Source: Armatimonadota bacterium (GTDB lineage: Bacteria > Armatimonadota > SYMT01). From it: a stretch of DNA of 64,000 nt. Both the position numbers and the translations under genes were made by a program. Positions within the stretch are counted from its first letter, which is position 1; each line of letters opens with the position of its first letter. This document shows, piece by piece, positions 1 to 9,913 of the stretch. The stretch lies in assembly GCA_041690135.1 (NCBI GenBank), contig JAWLHY010000007.1, positions 224,001-288,000 on the forward strand, given 5' to 3'. The notes below the pieces were generated by a model, which had not been told where the DNA came from, ran no database searches, and was given only the letters and a program-made list of their open reading frames with translations.

Positions 1-26
1 CGTATCGTAGTCGTCCAGGTCAACAC

Positions 27-1631
27 ATGAGGGATGATGGAATGCGCCGCAGAGATCTGGTCGCTTCGGGCATCGTAGCGGCAACCGCATTAACGGTGGA
101 CACCGGCCGCGCCGCTAGTGATGCGACGCCCGCAGCGCAAGAAGAACCCGCGGTCGCGGAATTGCAGGCGCAGATGGCGGCCGGAAAGCTCACCGCCAGG
201 GGGTTGGTGCAGCGTTATCTCCGGAGGATTGAGGAGTTGGACCGGAACGGACCGAAGCTGCGCTCCGTGCTGGAAGTGAACCCGGAGGCGCTCGCCCTGG
301 CGGAAGCGCTCGACGCGGAGCGAAAGGAGAAAGGTCCCCGCGGGCCGCTCCACGGCATCCCGGTCCTGATTAAGGACAACATCGATACCGCCGACCGGAT
401 GACGACCACCGCCGGCTCCCTGGCGCTGGAGGGCTGGACGCCGCCCGATGACGCCTTCCTGGTACAGCAACTCCGGAAGGCGGGTGCCGTCCTCCTGGGG
501 AAAGCCAACCTCAGCGAGTGGGCGAACTACCGCGGTTTCCGGTCGTCCAGCGGCTGGAGCGCCCGCGGCGGGCAGACCCGGCACCCTTATGCCCTCGATC
601 GCAACCCCTCCGGCTCCAGCTCCGGCTCGGCCGTGGCGGTGGCGGCCGGTCTGTGCGCCCTGGCGGTGGGGACGGAGACCGACGGCTCCATCACCAGTCC
701 CGCCAACGCCTGCGGGATCGTGGGCCTCAAACCCACGCTGGGGCGGATCAGCCGTTCCGGAATCATTCCTATCGCGCACAGCCAGGACACCGCGGGCCCC
801 ATGGCGCGCTCGGTCGCCGATGCCGCGGCCCTCCTGGCGGCGATGGAAGGAGCCGATCCCCGCGACCCCGCGACTCAGGATGAACGGGGATCCCCCCTGG
901 GGGAAGTATCCCGGTTTCTGGATGCGGAGGGCCTTAAGGGCGCCCGTCTTGGGGTGGCCCGCCAGTTCCTCGGCGCGAACCGGCGTGTGGACGCGGTCTT
1001 CGCGCGGGCGCTGGAGGACCTTAAACGGCAGGGTGCGGTCCTGATCGACCTGGAGACGGTCCCCAACCTTTTCGAGTTCGGGGCGGGCGAGTCCACGGTG
1101 CTCTCCTACGAGTTCAAAGCGGACCTGAACGCCTACCTGTCCCGCCTGCCGCAGCGGTACCCGCGCTCCCTCAAGGAATTGATCGCCTTCAACGAGCGGG
1201 AAAAGGACCGGGAGCTGGCGTACTTCGGTCAGGAACACTTCATCCGGGCGGAAGGGCGGGGCCCGCTCACGGACCCCGAGTACGTGCAAGCGCTGAAACG
1301 GAATCACCGCCTGACCCGTGAGGAAGGCCTCGACGTGGTGTTCGCTGCCCACAAGCTGGACGCCGTGATCGCCCCGACCGGCGGACCGGCGGGGGTCACC
1401 GATCTCATCTACGGCGGCTCCGGCGGGGTGCGGGGCCCTTCCAGCGTGGCGGCAGTTTCCGGCTACCCGCATCTCACTCTGCCGGCAGGCTACGTCTTTG
1501 GACTACCGGTCGGCCTTTCGTTCGTGGGCCGGGCATGGAGTGAGCCCACCCTGATCCGTCTCGCCTACGCCTACGAGCAGGCCACCCGTCACCGCCAACC
1601 CCCACGCTTCCTCCCCTGGACAGAGGTGTGA
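27..1631 (+). CDS. Amidase signature family enzyme, probably Tat-exported
   Basis: N-terminal RRRDLV Tat-like motif; GPLHGIPVLIKDNIDT, SGSSSGSA and GTETDGSI motifs of the Ser-cisSer-Lys amidase family. Confidence 0.93.
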   Translation: MRDDGMRRRDLVASGIVAATALTVDTGRAASDATPAAQEEPAVAELQAQMAAGKLTARGLVQRYLRRIEELDRNGPKLRSVLEVNPEALALAEALDAERKEKGPRGPLHGIPVLIKDNIDTADRMTTTAGSLALEGWTPPDDAFLVQQLRKAGAVLLGKANLSEWANYRGFRSSSGWSARGGQTRHPYALDRNPSGSSSGSAVAVAAGLCALAVGTETDGSITSPANACGIVGLKPTLGRISRSGIIPIAHSQDTAGPMARSVADAAALLAAMEGADPRDPATQDERGSPLGEVSRFLDAEGLKGARLGVARQFLGANRRVDAVFARALEDLKRQGAVLIDLETVPNLFEFGAGESTVLSYEFKADLNAYLSRLPQRYPRSLKELIAFNEREKDRELAYFGQEHFIRAEGRGPLTDPEYVQALKRNHRLTREEGLDVVFAAHKLDAVIAPTGGPAGVTDLIYGGSGGVRGPSSVAAVSGYPHLTLPAGYVFGLPVGLSFVGRAWSEPTLIRLAYAYEQATRHRQPPRFLPWTEV

Positions 1632-1652
1632 GACCGCCCGCACCCTGGTTCT

Positions 1653-2035
1653 GCGCCTGGGTCCGCAGAACGGTAGCCGCTACGTAGGGACCGAGGCGCC
1701 TTGCGACCTGCGCCACGCCCCTGCACCCGGACTGCACACCGGTAGGGTCGGCTCGCCGCCGCCGACCAGGATCATGCCCACGCACCTGGCCTGCATTTCG
1801 GCGCCTATGCTCGCCCACGATCCTACTCCGTACCTGGAATGCACCACGGTAGTCGCTCTATACGGTCGCGGTCGTACACCCGGCGGAGCATAAGGCTGTC
1901 CCCGACCGGGATCGGGCCTTCGCACCTGTACCGCATCCCGGCAGTAAATCCGGCCCACGGACCATTACCGCACCTGTGTTGCTGTCCGGAAGCTGTTACA
2001 AGGCGGAGTGGGGGAGGCGTCTCGCCCGCACCCGG
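1653..2035. repeat. Degenerate direct-repeat array, motif GCACCYGG-N2-YGCA-N3-CGGHAG
   Basis: Copies start at 1653, 1723, 1782, 1830, (1876 weak), 1922, 1970, (2028 partial); spacings are 70, 59, 48, 46, 46, 48, 58 bp. Confidence 0.6.
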
Positions 2036-2063
2036 AAGGTGAGTGGTGAGTGTGTCGTCGGGT

Positions 2064-2312
2064 TCAGCGGATAACCCGCGGCAGTGCCCCACGGATGCTG
2101 CCGGTGTGGTACGCCAGTTCATCGCGCGTAAGAGCTTCCCGAAGTTCGTCAGGAGATCCCCGGAACAGTTGCTCTTCCCGGGTCAACACGTATTTCCCGA
2201 CTTCCTCCGCCGGTAAGAGCGCCACGACCTCCCGAACTTCCGCCAGGGCCGCGTGCCTCCGGATGGATTCAAGGGGAGTATAGCTCGTCACGGCGGGCCG
2301 GCAGATGCCCAC
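2064..2312 (-). pseudogene. Small hypothetical protein or C-terminal gene remnant
   Basis: Protein-like C-terminus (GKYVLTREEQLFRGSPDELREAL...HTGSIRGALP) but no convincing ATG or RBS; the frame is open only to about 2390. Confidence 0.4.
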
Positions 2313-2393
2313 CGAAGGAATGCCGGACCGCCAGGAGCAAAGTCTTTCCAGCTGATCTTCCGTGTTTCGTAAGAGCTTTCGCGGGCTTCACTC

Positions 2394-3746
2394 ATGACCC
2401 TGTTCTCACTCCCTGCTTCCCACGACCGTCGTGTTTTCCTTCAGTCCGCCGCCGGCCTGGCGATGGCAGCTTCCACACTTTCCGAGACCCGCGAGGGGCG
2501 AGCCCAGGAGCCGGCGAAGAAACGCCTGAAGGTGGCGGTCGTTTTCACCGAGTTCACTTACCGCAGTCACGCGCACGTGATCCTGGAGAACTTCCTGCAC
2601 CCCTACCTGTTCAACGGGGAATGGACCGACCCCGGCATGGACGTGGTGAGCCTGTACGGCGACCAGTTTCCTGAAGGCGACATGTCGCGGGCGGCCTCGA
2701 AGGAATACGGGATTCCGCTTTATCCCACGATCGATGCGGCCCTCTGCCTGGGCGGGAAAGAGCTGGCGGTGGACGCCGTACTCAGCATCGGAGAGCACGG
2801 GAAGTACCCCCGCAACGAGAAGGGCCAGCGGGAGTACCCACGCAAGCGGTTTTTCGACGAGATTGTGACCGTGTTCCGGCGCAGCAATCGCGTCGTACCG
2901 GTATTCAACGACAAGCACCTCTCCTTCCGGTGGGAGTGGGCGAAGGAGATGTACGACACCGCCCGGGAGTTGCGCATCCCGCTGATGGCGGGCAGTTCCG
3001 TCCCCCTCGCCGAGCGGCGGCCGGTACTGGAGTTGCCGGCCGGATCGCGGATCGCGGAGGCGGTCTCCATCCACGGCGGCGGCTTTGAAAGCTACGACTT
3101 CCACGCGCTGGAGGTGCTCCAGTCGATGGTCGAAGCCCGCCACGGTGGGGAGACGGGGATTGCTCGAGTCCAGTACTTCTCCGGCGAGGCGCTGTGGAAG
3201 GCCGCGGAGGAAGGCCTCTGGTCTCTCCCCCTCGCACAGGCCGCGATGGCTGCCGAGTTGGGGCCGGACGCACCCCCGGTGCGCGAGTTCGCCCAGGCGG
3301 AATTGGAGCGTGCCGCGCCGTTCGGCACACTGCTCATCTACCGCGACGGGCTCCGCGCCATGGTCCTCAAGTTCGGCAGAGAGGACACGCGTTGGAACTT
3401 CGCGTGCCGCCTCGAAGGAGATCCCGAACCGAAGGCGACCGCCTTCTACGTCGGCCCCTGGAACAACCGTAACCTCTTCAAGGCGCTCAGCCACGCCATC
3501 CAGACCCACTTCCGCCAGAGCCGGTCGCCCTACCCCCTGGAGCGCACCCTTCTCACTACCGGTATCCTGGACGCGGAAGCCGACTCCCGCTTCCGGGGAG
3601 GGGACCCGGTCGAGACCCCGCACCTCGGCATGGCCTACCCGCCAGTCGATTTCCGCGCCATGCGCGAGATGGGAGCCTCCTGGAAGCTCATCACGGAAGA
3701 CACCCCGGAGCCCGAGGGCATCGACACCGGCGGGCCCCGCCGGTGA
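2394..3746 (+). CDS. Conserved hypothetical Tat-exported protein (planctomycete-type, distantly oxidoreductase-like)
   Basis: RRVFLQ Tat motif; conserved-looking blocks IGEHGKYP, PVFNDKHLS, PLMAGSSVP, ESYDFHALE. Confidence 0.85.
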   Translation: MTLFSLPASHDRRVFLQSAAGLAMAASTLSETREGRAQEPAKKRLKVAVVFTEFTYRSHAHVILENFLHPYLFNGEWTDPGMDVVSLYGDQFPEGDMSRAASKEYGIPLYPTIDAALCLGGKELAVDAVLSIGEHGKYPRNEKGQREYPRKRFFDEIVTVFRRSNRVVPVFNDKHLSFRWEWAKEMYDTARELRIPLMAGSSVPLAERRPVLELPAGSRIAEAVSIHGGGFESYDFHALEVLQSMVEARHGGETGIARVQYFSGEALWKAAEEGLWSLPLAQAAMAAELGPDAPPVREFAQAELERAAPFGTLLIYRDGLRAMVLKFGREDTRWNFACRLEGDPEPKATAFYVGPWNNRNLFKALSHAIQTHFRQSRSPYPLERTLLTTGILDAEADSRFRGGDPVETPHLGMAYPPVDFRAMREMGASWKLITEDTPEPEGIDTGGPRR

Positions 3747-3758
3747 ACCCAGGGACCC

Positions 3759-3799
3759 TCACCACGGAGACACCGAGACACGGAGATGGACACAGAGAG
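3759..3799. repeat. REP-like (CACGGAGA)n short tandem element
   Basis: TCACCACGGAGACACCGAGACACGGAGATGGACACAGAGAG just after the stop codon; a related copy lies at 44926-44963. Confidence 0.6.
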
Positions 3800-4200
3800 G
3801 GGAAGGTAGAGAGGGGAAGGTGAAGGATAGACGGTGGCCCGCACTTTCCATTCTCAACTCTCCCAGCCCGTCTGGGAAACCATTCCGCAGGGGCATCGGC
3901 TCTGGTTGCCCTCTCCTGAATGGGATGAGTGCTTGCAAAACCGTGCCCCCGTTAGAGTTGGAAAAGAGCTGCCGCAGCCCGGCGTATCGATCCTGCCTCA
4001 CCCAGGCGTGGCGTAGATTAGAGACAAGTTCGCCGCAAGTACCAGTGGGAAGTTTTGATACATACGCGGAAGGCACCCTGCGTTGCATTCGTTGTATGTG
4101 GTTGTCTGGAGTGGGGTTCACGGAATGCAACCCGGAGCTAGCCCCGGTGTCGTAGGGTGCAGCACGTGACGTTTTTCACTGGCGTGCGGGGAGGGCAGGT

Positions 4201-5562
4201 ATGCTGCACATCCATCAGCGGCCTCGGCGGTGGTGCGATGGGGTTACCCGCCGGCAGTTCCTGTCGGTAGGAACTCTCAGCTACTTCGGGCTTTCACTGC
4301 CGGACCTTTGGCGCCGTGAAGCTGCCGCCGCGCCTCTCCCCGGACGCGTGGGCCGGGCGAGATCGTGCATTCTCTTCTGGCTGCAGGGCGGCCCAAGCCA
4401 GATCGATACGTTCGACCCGAAGCCGGACGCGCCCGCGGAAATCCGGGGTCCGTTCGAACCCATCGCCACCAACGTCGCCGGCATCCGCATCGCCGAGCCG
4501 TTTCCGCGCCTCGCCCGGATGGCCGATCGGTACGCTCTGCTCCGTTCCGTGAGCCATCCCGCAGCCGAACACGGGCAGAGAGGTCACGAATGGATGCTCT
4601 GCGGGCGGAGCGTTCCCGGCGTCGCTTACCCTTCCATGGCGGCGGTCATTTCGAAGTTGCGGGGTGGTGAGTCCCTGCTGCCGCGGCACGTGGCCGTGCC
4701 GAACCTGGCCTACTTCTCGGGGCATGTTCCCTCCCAACTCGCGCAGACGGGCGGCTTTCTGGGGGACGAGTACGGGCCGGTGGTGCCGGAAGGAGAGCTG
4801 GGTTCACAGGAGTTCCGTTTACCGAACGTGGATGCGCCGCCGGACATTGATCCGGACCGCCGGAAGCGGCGCCGTGCCCTGCTCGCGAACGATCCCGCTG
4901 GGCTGGCCGCCACCGGACCAGGGCAGAGGCGGGATGCACTCTACCGGAAGGCGCTGAACCTGATCGATTCGGGTGGAATGCGCGAGGCTTTCGATCTCGG
5001 TCGAGAGCCGGACAGCCTGCGTGACCGCTACGGCCGCAACCCGGTTGGATCGTGTACCCTGCTGGCTCGCCGATTGGTGGAGGAGGACGTTCGCTTTATC
5101 ACCGTGAACTGGCCGAACTACTTCGAGTGGGACAGCCATGCCGATATCGAAGGGGCAATCGGCAACCACCTCGGCCCAACGTTCGATCGCGCCATGTCCG
5201 CGTTGCTGCAGGATCTGCGGGACCGGGGCCTGCTCGAAAGCACGCTGGTCGTCGCCATGGGGGAGATGGGCCGTACTCCGAAAATGGGCGGCGACAATAA
5301 TCCGATCTACACCAACGGGCGCGGGCACTGGGGCGGGGTGATGTCCGTGTTCATGGCGGGCGGCGGCGTACAGGGTGGGCAGGTGATCGGCAGCAGCGAT
5401 GCACAAGGCGCCTACCCGGCCTCGAGAGGGCTGACCCCGCAGGATGTCGTCGCGACGGTTTACCATGCCTTTGGAATCACTCCGGACGACACCATCCCCG
5501 CGCCCGGCGGGCGGCCCGTGCGGGTGCTGGAAGAGGGTGAGCCGATCCGGGAGCTGTTCTAG
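4201..5562 (+). CDS. DUF1501 domain protein
   Basis: TRRQFL Tat motif; GGPSQIDTFDPKP, LLARRLVE, WDSH, GEMGRTP, GRGHW and GQVIGSSD motifs. Confidence 0.93.
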   Translation: MLHIHQRPRRWCDGVTRRQFLSVGTLSYFGLSLPDLWRREAAAAPLPGRVGRARSCILFWLQGGPSQIDTFDPKPDAPAEIRGPFEPIATNVAGIRIAEPFPRLARMADRYALLRSVSHPAAEHGQRGHEWMLCGRSVPGVAYPSMAAVISKLRGGESLLPRHVAVPNLAYFSGHVPSQLAQTGGFLGDEYGPVVPEGELGSQEFRLPNVDAPPDIDPDRRKRRRALLANDPAGLAATGPGQRRDALYRKALNLIDSGGMREAFDLGREPDSLRDRYGRNPVGSCTLLARRLVEEDVRFITVNWPNYFEWDSHADIEGAIGNHLGPTFDRAMSALLQDLRDRGLLESTLVVAMGEMGRTPKMGGDNNPIYTNGRGHWGGVMSVFMAGGGVQGGQVIGSSDAQGAYPASRGLTPQDVVATVYHAFGITPDDTIPAPGGRPVRVLEEGEPIRELF

Positions 5563-5566
5563 CGGG

Positions 5567-6364
5567 ATGGCAGAACCACGGAGTTGGACGGAACCGAAGA
5601 GCGGTTTGGAGTTCGTCCGGATCGGGCCGGTGGAATTCCTCATGGGATTGGCGGCACTGGGGAACGACTGCGAGGAAGACTCCCGGCCGGTCCACCGGGT
5701 AAGGCTGGACGCCTACTGGATCGCCCAGACGGAAGTGACCCGGGCTCAGTACCGCCGCTTCATGGAAGAGACTAAGCGTCCGGTGCCGCAGTTCTGGAAT
5801 TCACCGCTGTTCTCGCACAGCGACCGCCTGCCGGTGGTGGGGGTGTCCTGGGACGATGCCGCCGCCTTTTGTGCCTGGATGGGCGGCCGGCTCCCAACGG
5901 AAGCCGAATGGGAATTTGCCGCTCGGGGCGGGGACAACCGCCGATATCCGTGGGGGAACGCGGACCCGAAGTGGCCGCTCGCCACCCGCTACGTCTTGAT
6001 GCAGCAGGACTATCCGACCACTCCCGAGACCCGGGCGATCTTCAACTTGCGCCTCAACGACGACAAGCCGAACAGCGTCGGCTCGTGTCCGGGAGGAGCC
6101 AGCCCGTTCGGCCTGCTCGACATGGCGGGAAACGTGTACGAATGGTGCGCAGACTGGTACGCCGCGGACTACTACGCCCGGAGCCCGCGGGAGAATCCTC
6201 CGGGTCCGCCGACCGGTCAGAAGAAGGTGATTCGCGGTGGCTCCTGGGCGAGCCATGCCGATCAGTTGACGACGACCCACCGGGCTGCCGCAAGGCCCGG
6301 TGCACGCACCAGCGTCATCGGCATCCGTTGCGTCCACCCCGGCCCTCCGCCAGGAGAACACTGA
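5567..6364 (+). CDS. Formylglycine-generating enzyme (SUMF1/FGE-sulfatase) family protein
   Basis: PVHRVRL, TEVT..QY, PVVGVSWDDA, RLPTEAEWEFAARG, GLLDMAGNVYEW, RGGSW; ATG at 5567 directly after the DUF1501 stop. Confidence 0.93.
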   Translation: MAEPRSWTEPKSGLEFVRIGPVEFLMGLAALGNDCEEDSRPVHRVRLDAYWIAQTEVTRAQYRRFMEETKRPVPQFWNSPLFSHSDRLPVVGVSWDDAAAFCAWMGGRLPTEAEWEFAARGGDNRRYPWGNADPKWPLATRYVLMQQDYPTTPETRAIFNLRLNDDKPNSVGSCPGGASPFGLLDMAGNVYEWCADWYAADYYARSPRENPPGPPTGQKKVIRGGSWASHADQLTTTHRAAARPGARTSVIGIRCVHPGPPPGEH

Positions 6365-6401
6365 GGCGGATTAACGGTGCAGGTCCGGCGTCCTTCACAA
6401 T

Positions 6402-7814
6402 CTACCCGGGACGGTCCAATGGTTTCCACTTTGGGGTATACGTGAACCCCATCCGCTCGAAGACCCGCCCGACCGACGCCTGTACTCCTCGGTAGATGGA
6501 ACTCACATCGACCTGGGTGGGGAGCCGGTCCTCCAGGACGACCCGGCCGTCGATGATCACGGTGTGCACGGATTTCGATCCGCTGCTGTAGACTAGCTGG
6601 AGGACGGGATCTGTGAGCGGGAACGCCTCCGGAACGTCGTTGGCACGGATCACGAGGTCCGCGCGCTTGCCGGGGATTAACGAGCCGATGCGGTCCTCCA
6701 AGCCCACCGCCCGGGCGCCGTTGACGGTGGCCATGGCGAGGGCGTCCTCTGCCGTGAGGATCGTGCGGCTGCCGGACCGCTCCCGCGCGGAGAGGACGGC
6801 CAGGTAACCCTGCAGGCCCAGGTCGAAGCGGTTGGACCAGTTGGCGGAGTCGGAGCCCAGGGCCACGTTCACCCCGCGGCGGTAGAGCTCCGCGTGGCGG
6901 CCATGGAAGGTGCCGCCCACGCCCCAGAGCATGGAGCCGGCGGGGCACCACGCGATGGAGAGCCCGCTTCTCCGGATCGGGTCGATCTCGTCGTCGCGGA
7001 TCACGTTCATGTGGGAGAAGAGGCAGTTGTCCCCCAGGATGCCCAGCTCTTCCAGGTGGAGGAGGGCGTGCTTTCCGTGCCGCCGGTCGTCGGTCTCGGT
7101 GTCGACGGCGTAGTACGACTGGTGCTGGTTGAGGACCGTGCCGGCGGCGTCCGCGGCAGCCTTGGCGGCGCGCTCCAACTCGTCGGTGGCGGTGCCCATT
7201 CCCGCGATGGCGACATGACCGCGCACCAGGGCGTTCGGGTCCCGGTTGCGGCGCAGTTCGCCTCCGAGCAGCCGCAGGGAGCGCTCCGTGCTGGCCGGCG
7301 CCCGCTCCAGGCGGTAGGCGTTGTACCCTCCCGGTGTTTCCTCCGCATCCCAGAGGAACGGGTCGGCCACCAGCCCGCGCATGCCGATCGCCTCGGCGGC
7401 CGTCGCGACCGCATCTGGGTTGAATGCGGTACCTGCCTCGATGAAGCAGGTGGTTCCGTTCCCGATCATTTCCCAGCACGCCAGGAGCGTGGAGGCATGC
7501 TCCGCCTCGTCATCAAGGGCGTTAACGAACGCCAGTTCCGTGGTGGGCCCCAACTCGGCGTAGGAGATCGTGTCGCCGAACGCCCCGCGCGCCAGGTGGT
7601 AGGTCACGTGGGTGTGACACTCCACGAAGCCCGGGTGAACGACCCCGCCCCGCGCATCGATCGTACGTATGGGCTCGTAACGGGCCAGGATCTCCGCCGT
7701 CGGTCCGACTGCTACGATGTCGCGCCCGGAGATGGCGATCGCCCCGTCGGCGTAGACCCGCCTTTCTTCATCCATTGTGACCACGTAGCCATGGATCACG
7801 ACCAGGTCGACCAT
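6402..7814 (-). CDS. Amidohydrolase, SsnA/MTA-SAH deaminase-like subgroup
   Basis: PGFVECHTH, VALGSD, MATVNGARA and GSLIPGKRADLV motifs; an alternative start is near 7856. Confidence 0.9.
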   Translation of the reverse strand: MVDLVVIHGYVVTMDEERRVYADGAIAISGRDIVAVGPTAEILARYEPIRTIDARGGVVHPGFVECHTHVTYHLARGAFGDTISYAELGPTTELAFVNALDDEAEHASTLLACWEMIGNGTTCFIEAGTAFNPDAVATAAEAIGMRGLVADPFLWDAEETPGGYNAYRLERAPASTERSLRLLGGELRRNRDPNALVRGHVAIAGMGTATDELERAAKAAADAAGTVLNQHQSYYAVDTETDDRRHGKHALLHLEELGILGDNCLFSHMNVIRDDEIDPIRRSGLSIAWCPAGSMLWGVGGTFHGRHAELYRRGVNVALGSDSANWSNRFDLGLQGYLAVLSARERSGSRTILTAEDALAMATVNGARAVGLEDRIGSLIPGKRADLVIRANDVPEAFPLTDPVLQLVYSSGSKSVHTVIIDGRVVLEDRLPTQVDVSSIYRGVQASVGRVFERMGFTYTPKWKPLDRPG

Positions 7815-8149
7815 GCTGGGGGATGGGCTCGTGGACGGGGTGGATGTAGGGGGCATCACTTTGGAGACAGGTGGTTGAATGGGCCAGGTTGCCTGTGTTG
7901 GGCTGTCCATACCGCGTTCAGCAGCGCATCCGGCAAACCCTGCGTCAGCTCTCGGGCTACTTGTACAGGAATTACCCATCCGCTCAGGTGGAGCGTCAAT
8001 GCTGTAGAATGAACGAATAGCGCTGCGTCGTTACGTATCGGAACGGACGCAGCCTGGAGTTCCTGTCGCAACGGAAGCCGACGCCGCCTGACGCACGTTC
8101 ACGGCCAGGTAATCCGCAGTTTTCGGGCCTGAGACGCGTCTACAACCCC

Positions 8150-9910
8150 ATGGCTGAACCCCTCCGCTCCGATACTCACCTCCTCCGGCGCATGCTTCAC
8201 GAAGCACGCGCGTACCTCCCGCACCTGGTGGGCGTCCTCTTTCTGGAGTTGCTCTCCACTCCGCTTGCGCTGCTAGCTCCGGTACCACTGAAACTGGCGG
8301 TGGATAGCGTGATTCACGGCCGGCCTCTTCCCGCGTATCTGACCGGCTGGCTGCCGGGTGTGGCGGGAGGGGGAGAGCGCCTCCTTCTCTGGGTGTGTGT
8401 GCTGTCGCTGCTGATTGCGCTGGCGAACCAGCTTCAGAGCCTCTCCAGTTCGTTGCTCACGGTCTATACGAGCCAGAAGCTGCTGCTCGACTTTCGCTCG
8501 CGCCTCTTCCGGCACGCGGAGCGGCTCTCGCTGGCCTACCATTCCCGCAAAGGGACGACGGACACGCTGTACCGGATCCAGTCCGATGCCACGGCCCTGG
8601 AATGGGTCTTCGTGGACGGGGCGATCCCCCTGGTGCGTTCTACCTTTGCCCTGGTCGCGACCCTCTACGTGGTGCTCCAGCTTAACTGGAAGATCGGGTG
8701 CACGGCGATGGTCATTTCGCCGGTACTGTTCCTGCTCACCCGGAGTACGCGCCCGCTGCTGCGGAACCGGTCGCGTGCACTGAAGAAGCAAGAAAGCGCC
8801 ACGCTCGGCATCATCCACGAGGTGCTGGGCGTGCTGCGCGTGGTGAAAGCCTTCGGTCAGGAAGACCGGGAGGCGAAGCGCTTCACTTCTGCGGTGAACG
8901 ATTGTGTCCGCAATCGCCTGCGTCTCACCCTGACCGAAGGTGCCCTGGGGATGGCGATCAACATGATCGCGGCGTTCGGGGTGGCGGCCGTCCTCTACTT
9001 CGGCGTGCGGGACGTGCTGGCGGGCCTCCTCACGATCGGCGAACTGCTACTGGTCTCCAGCTACATCTCCCAGCTTTACTCGCCGCTCAAGACGCTCAGT
9101 CGCAAGACCGTGACCCTCCAGGCGCAACTGGCGGGGGCGGAGCGCGCTTTTGCTCTCCTCGACGAACCGGTCGAGGTTCGGGAGCCCCTGGCCCCGGTGT
9201 CGCTCGAGCGCGCCCGTGGCTCGATCGAGTTCCAGGACGTCTTCTTCTCCTACGACGGAAAACGCCCGGTGTTGGAGAACGTCTCTTTGCGCATTGCTGC
9301 CGGAGCGCGGGTCGGCATCGTCGGTCTCACCGGGGCCGGCAAGACGACCCTGACGTACCTGATGACCCGGTTTGGCGACCCGGACGCGGGAGTGATCCGG
9401 CTGGACGGCGTCGACTTGCGGGACTATTCGATCGCGGACCTGCGCCGCCAGTTCGCGGTCGTTTTCCAGGAGCCCGTCCTCTTCGCCACCACCCTGGCGG
9501 AGAACATCGCCTACGCCCGCCCGGACGCCACGCGGGAGGAGATTGTGGCGGCGGCCCAGGCGGCGAACATCCACGATTTCATCATGAGCCTGCCGGACCA
9601 GTACGAAACGGCGGTGGGGGAGCGGGGAGCGCTGCTTTCCGGCGGTGAGCGCCAGCGGATCGGCCTCGCCCGGGCCTTCCTCCGCGACGCCCCCATCCTC
9701 ATCCTGGACGAGCCAACCAGCTCCGTCGACCTGAAGACCGAGGCCGGCATCATGGAAGCCATGGAGCGCCTGATGGCCGGTCGCACCACCCTCATCATCG
9801 CCCACCGCCTCAATACCCTGGCCAGCTGCGACCAGGTGCTGAAGGTGGAAGACCGGAGCGTGCAGGAGGTGAAGGCCGAAGAAGTGGGGATTGGAGCGGT
9901 GGCCAGTTGA
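8150..9910 (+). CDS. ABC exporter, fused permease and ATPase (MsbA/MdlB-like)
   Basis: N-terminal TM helices; Walker A GLTGAGKTT, signature LSGGERQR, Walker B ILILDEPTSSVD, IAHRL. Confidence 0.95.
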   Translation: MAEPLRSDTHLLRRMLHEARAYLPHLVGVLFLELLSTPLALLAPVPLKLAVDSVIHGRPLPAYLTGWLPGVAGGGERLLLWVCVLSLLIALANQLQSLSSSLLTVYTSQKLLLDFRSRLFRHAERLSLAYHSRKGTTDTLYRIQSDATALEWVFVDGAIPLVRSTFALVATLYVVLQLNWKIGCTAMVISPVLFLLTRSTRPLLRNRSRALKKQESATLGIIHEVLGVLRVVKAFGQEDREAKRFTSAVNDCVRNRLRLTLTEGALGMAINMIAAFGVAAVLYFGVRDVLAGLLTIGELLLVSSYISQLYSPLKTLSRKTVTLQAQLAGAERAFALLDEPVEVREPLAPVSLERARGSIEFQDVFFSYDGKRPVLENVSLRIAAGARVGIVGLTGAGKTTLTYLMTRFGDPDAGVIRLDGVDLRDYSIADLRRQFAVVFQEPVLFATTLAENIAYARPDATREEIVAAAQAANIHDFIMSLPDQYETAVGERGALLSGGERQRIGLARAFLRDAPILILDEPTSSVDLKTEAGIMEAMERLMAGRTTLIIAHRLNTLASCDQVLKVEDRSVQEVKAEEVGIGAVAS

Positions 9911-9913
9911 TTT

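Noticed and set aside
90-1472. Long antisense or alternate-frame ORFs (e.g. 90-1472, 2406-3623, 48100-50202, 56628-58478, 58690-59949)
   Set aside because: Shadows of high-GC coding genes on the other strand or frame; no family motifs.
7930-8055. GGCAAACC and a GCTGCGTC/GACGCAGC hairpin as a c-di-GMP-I riboswitch
   Set aside because: The GNRA-capped P2 stem and downstream consensus are not present in the required arrangement.
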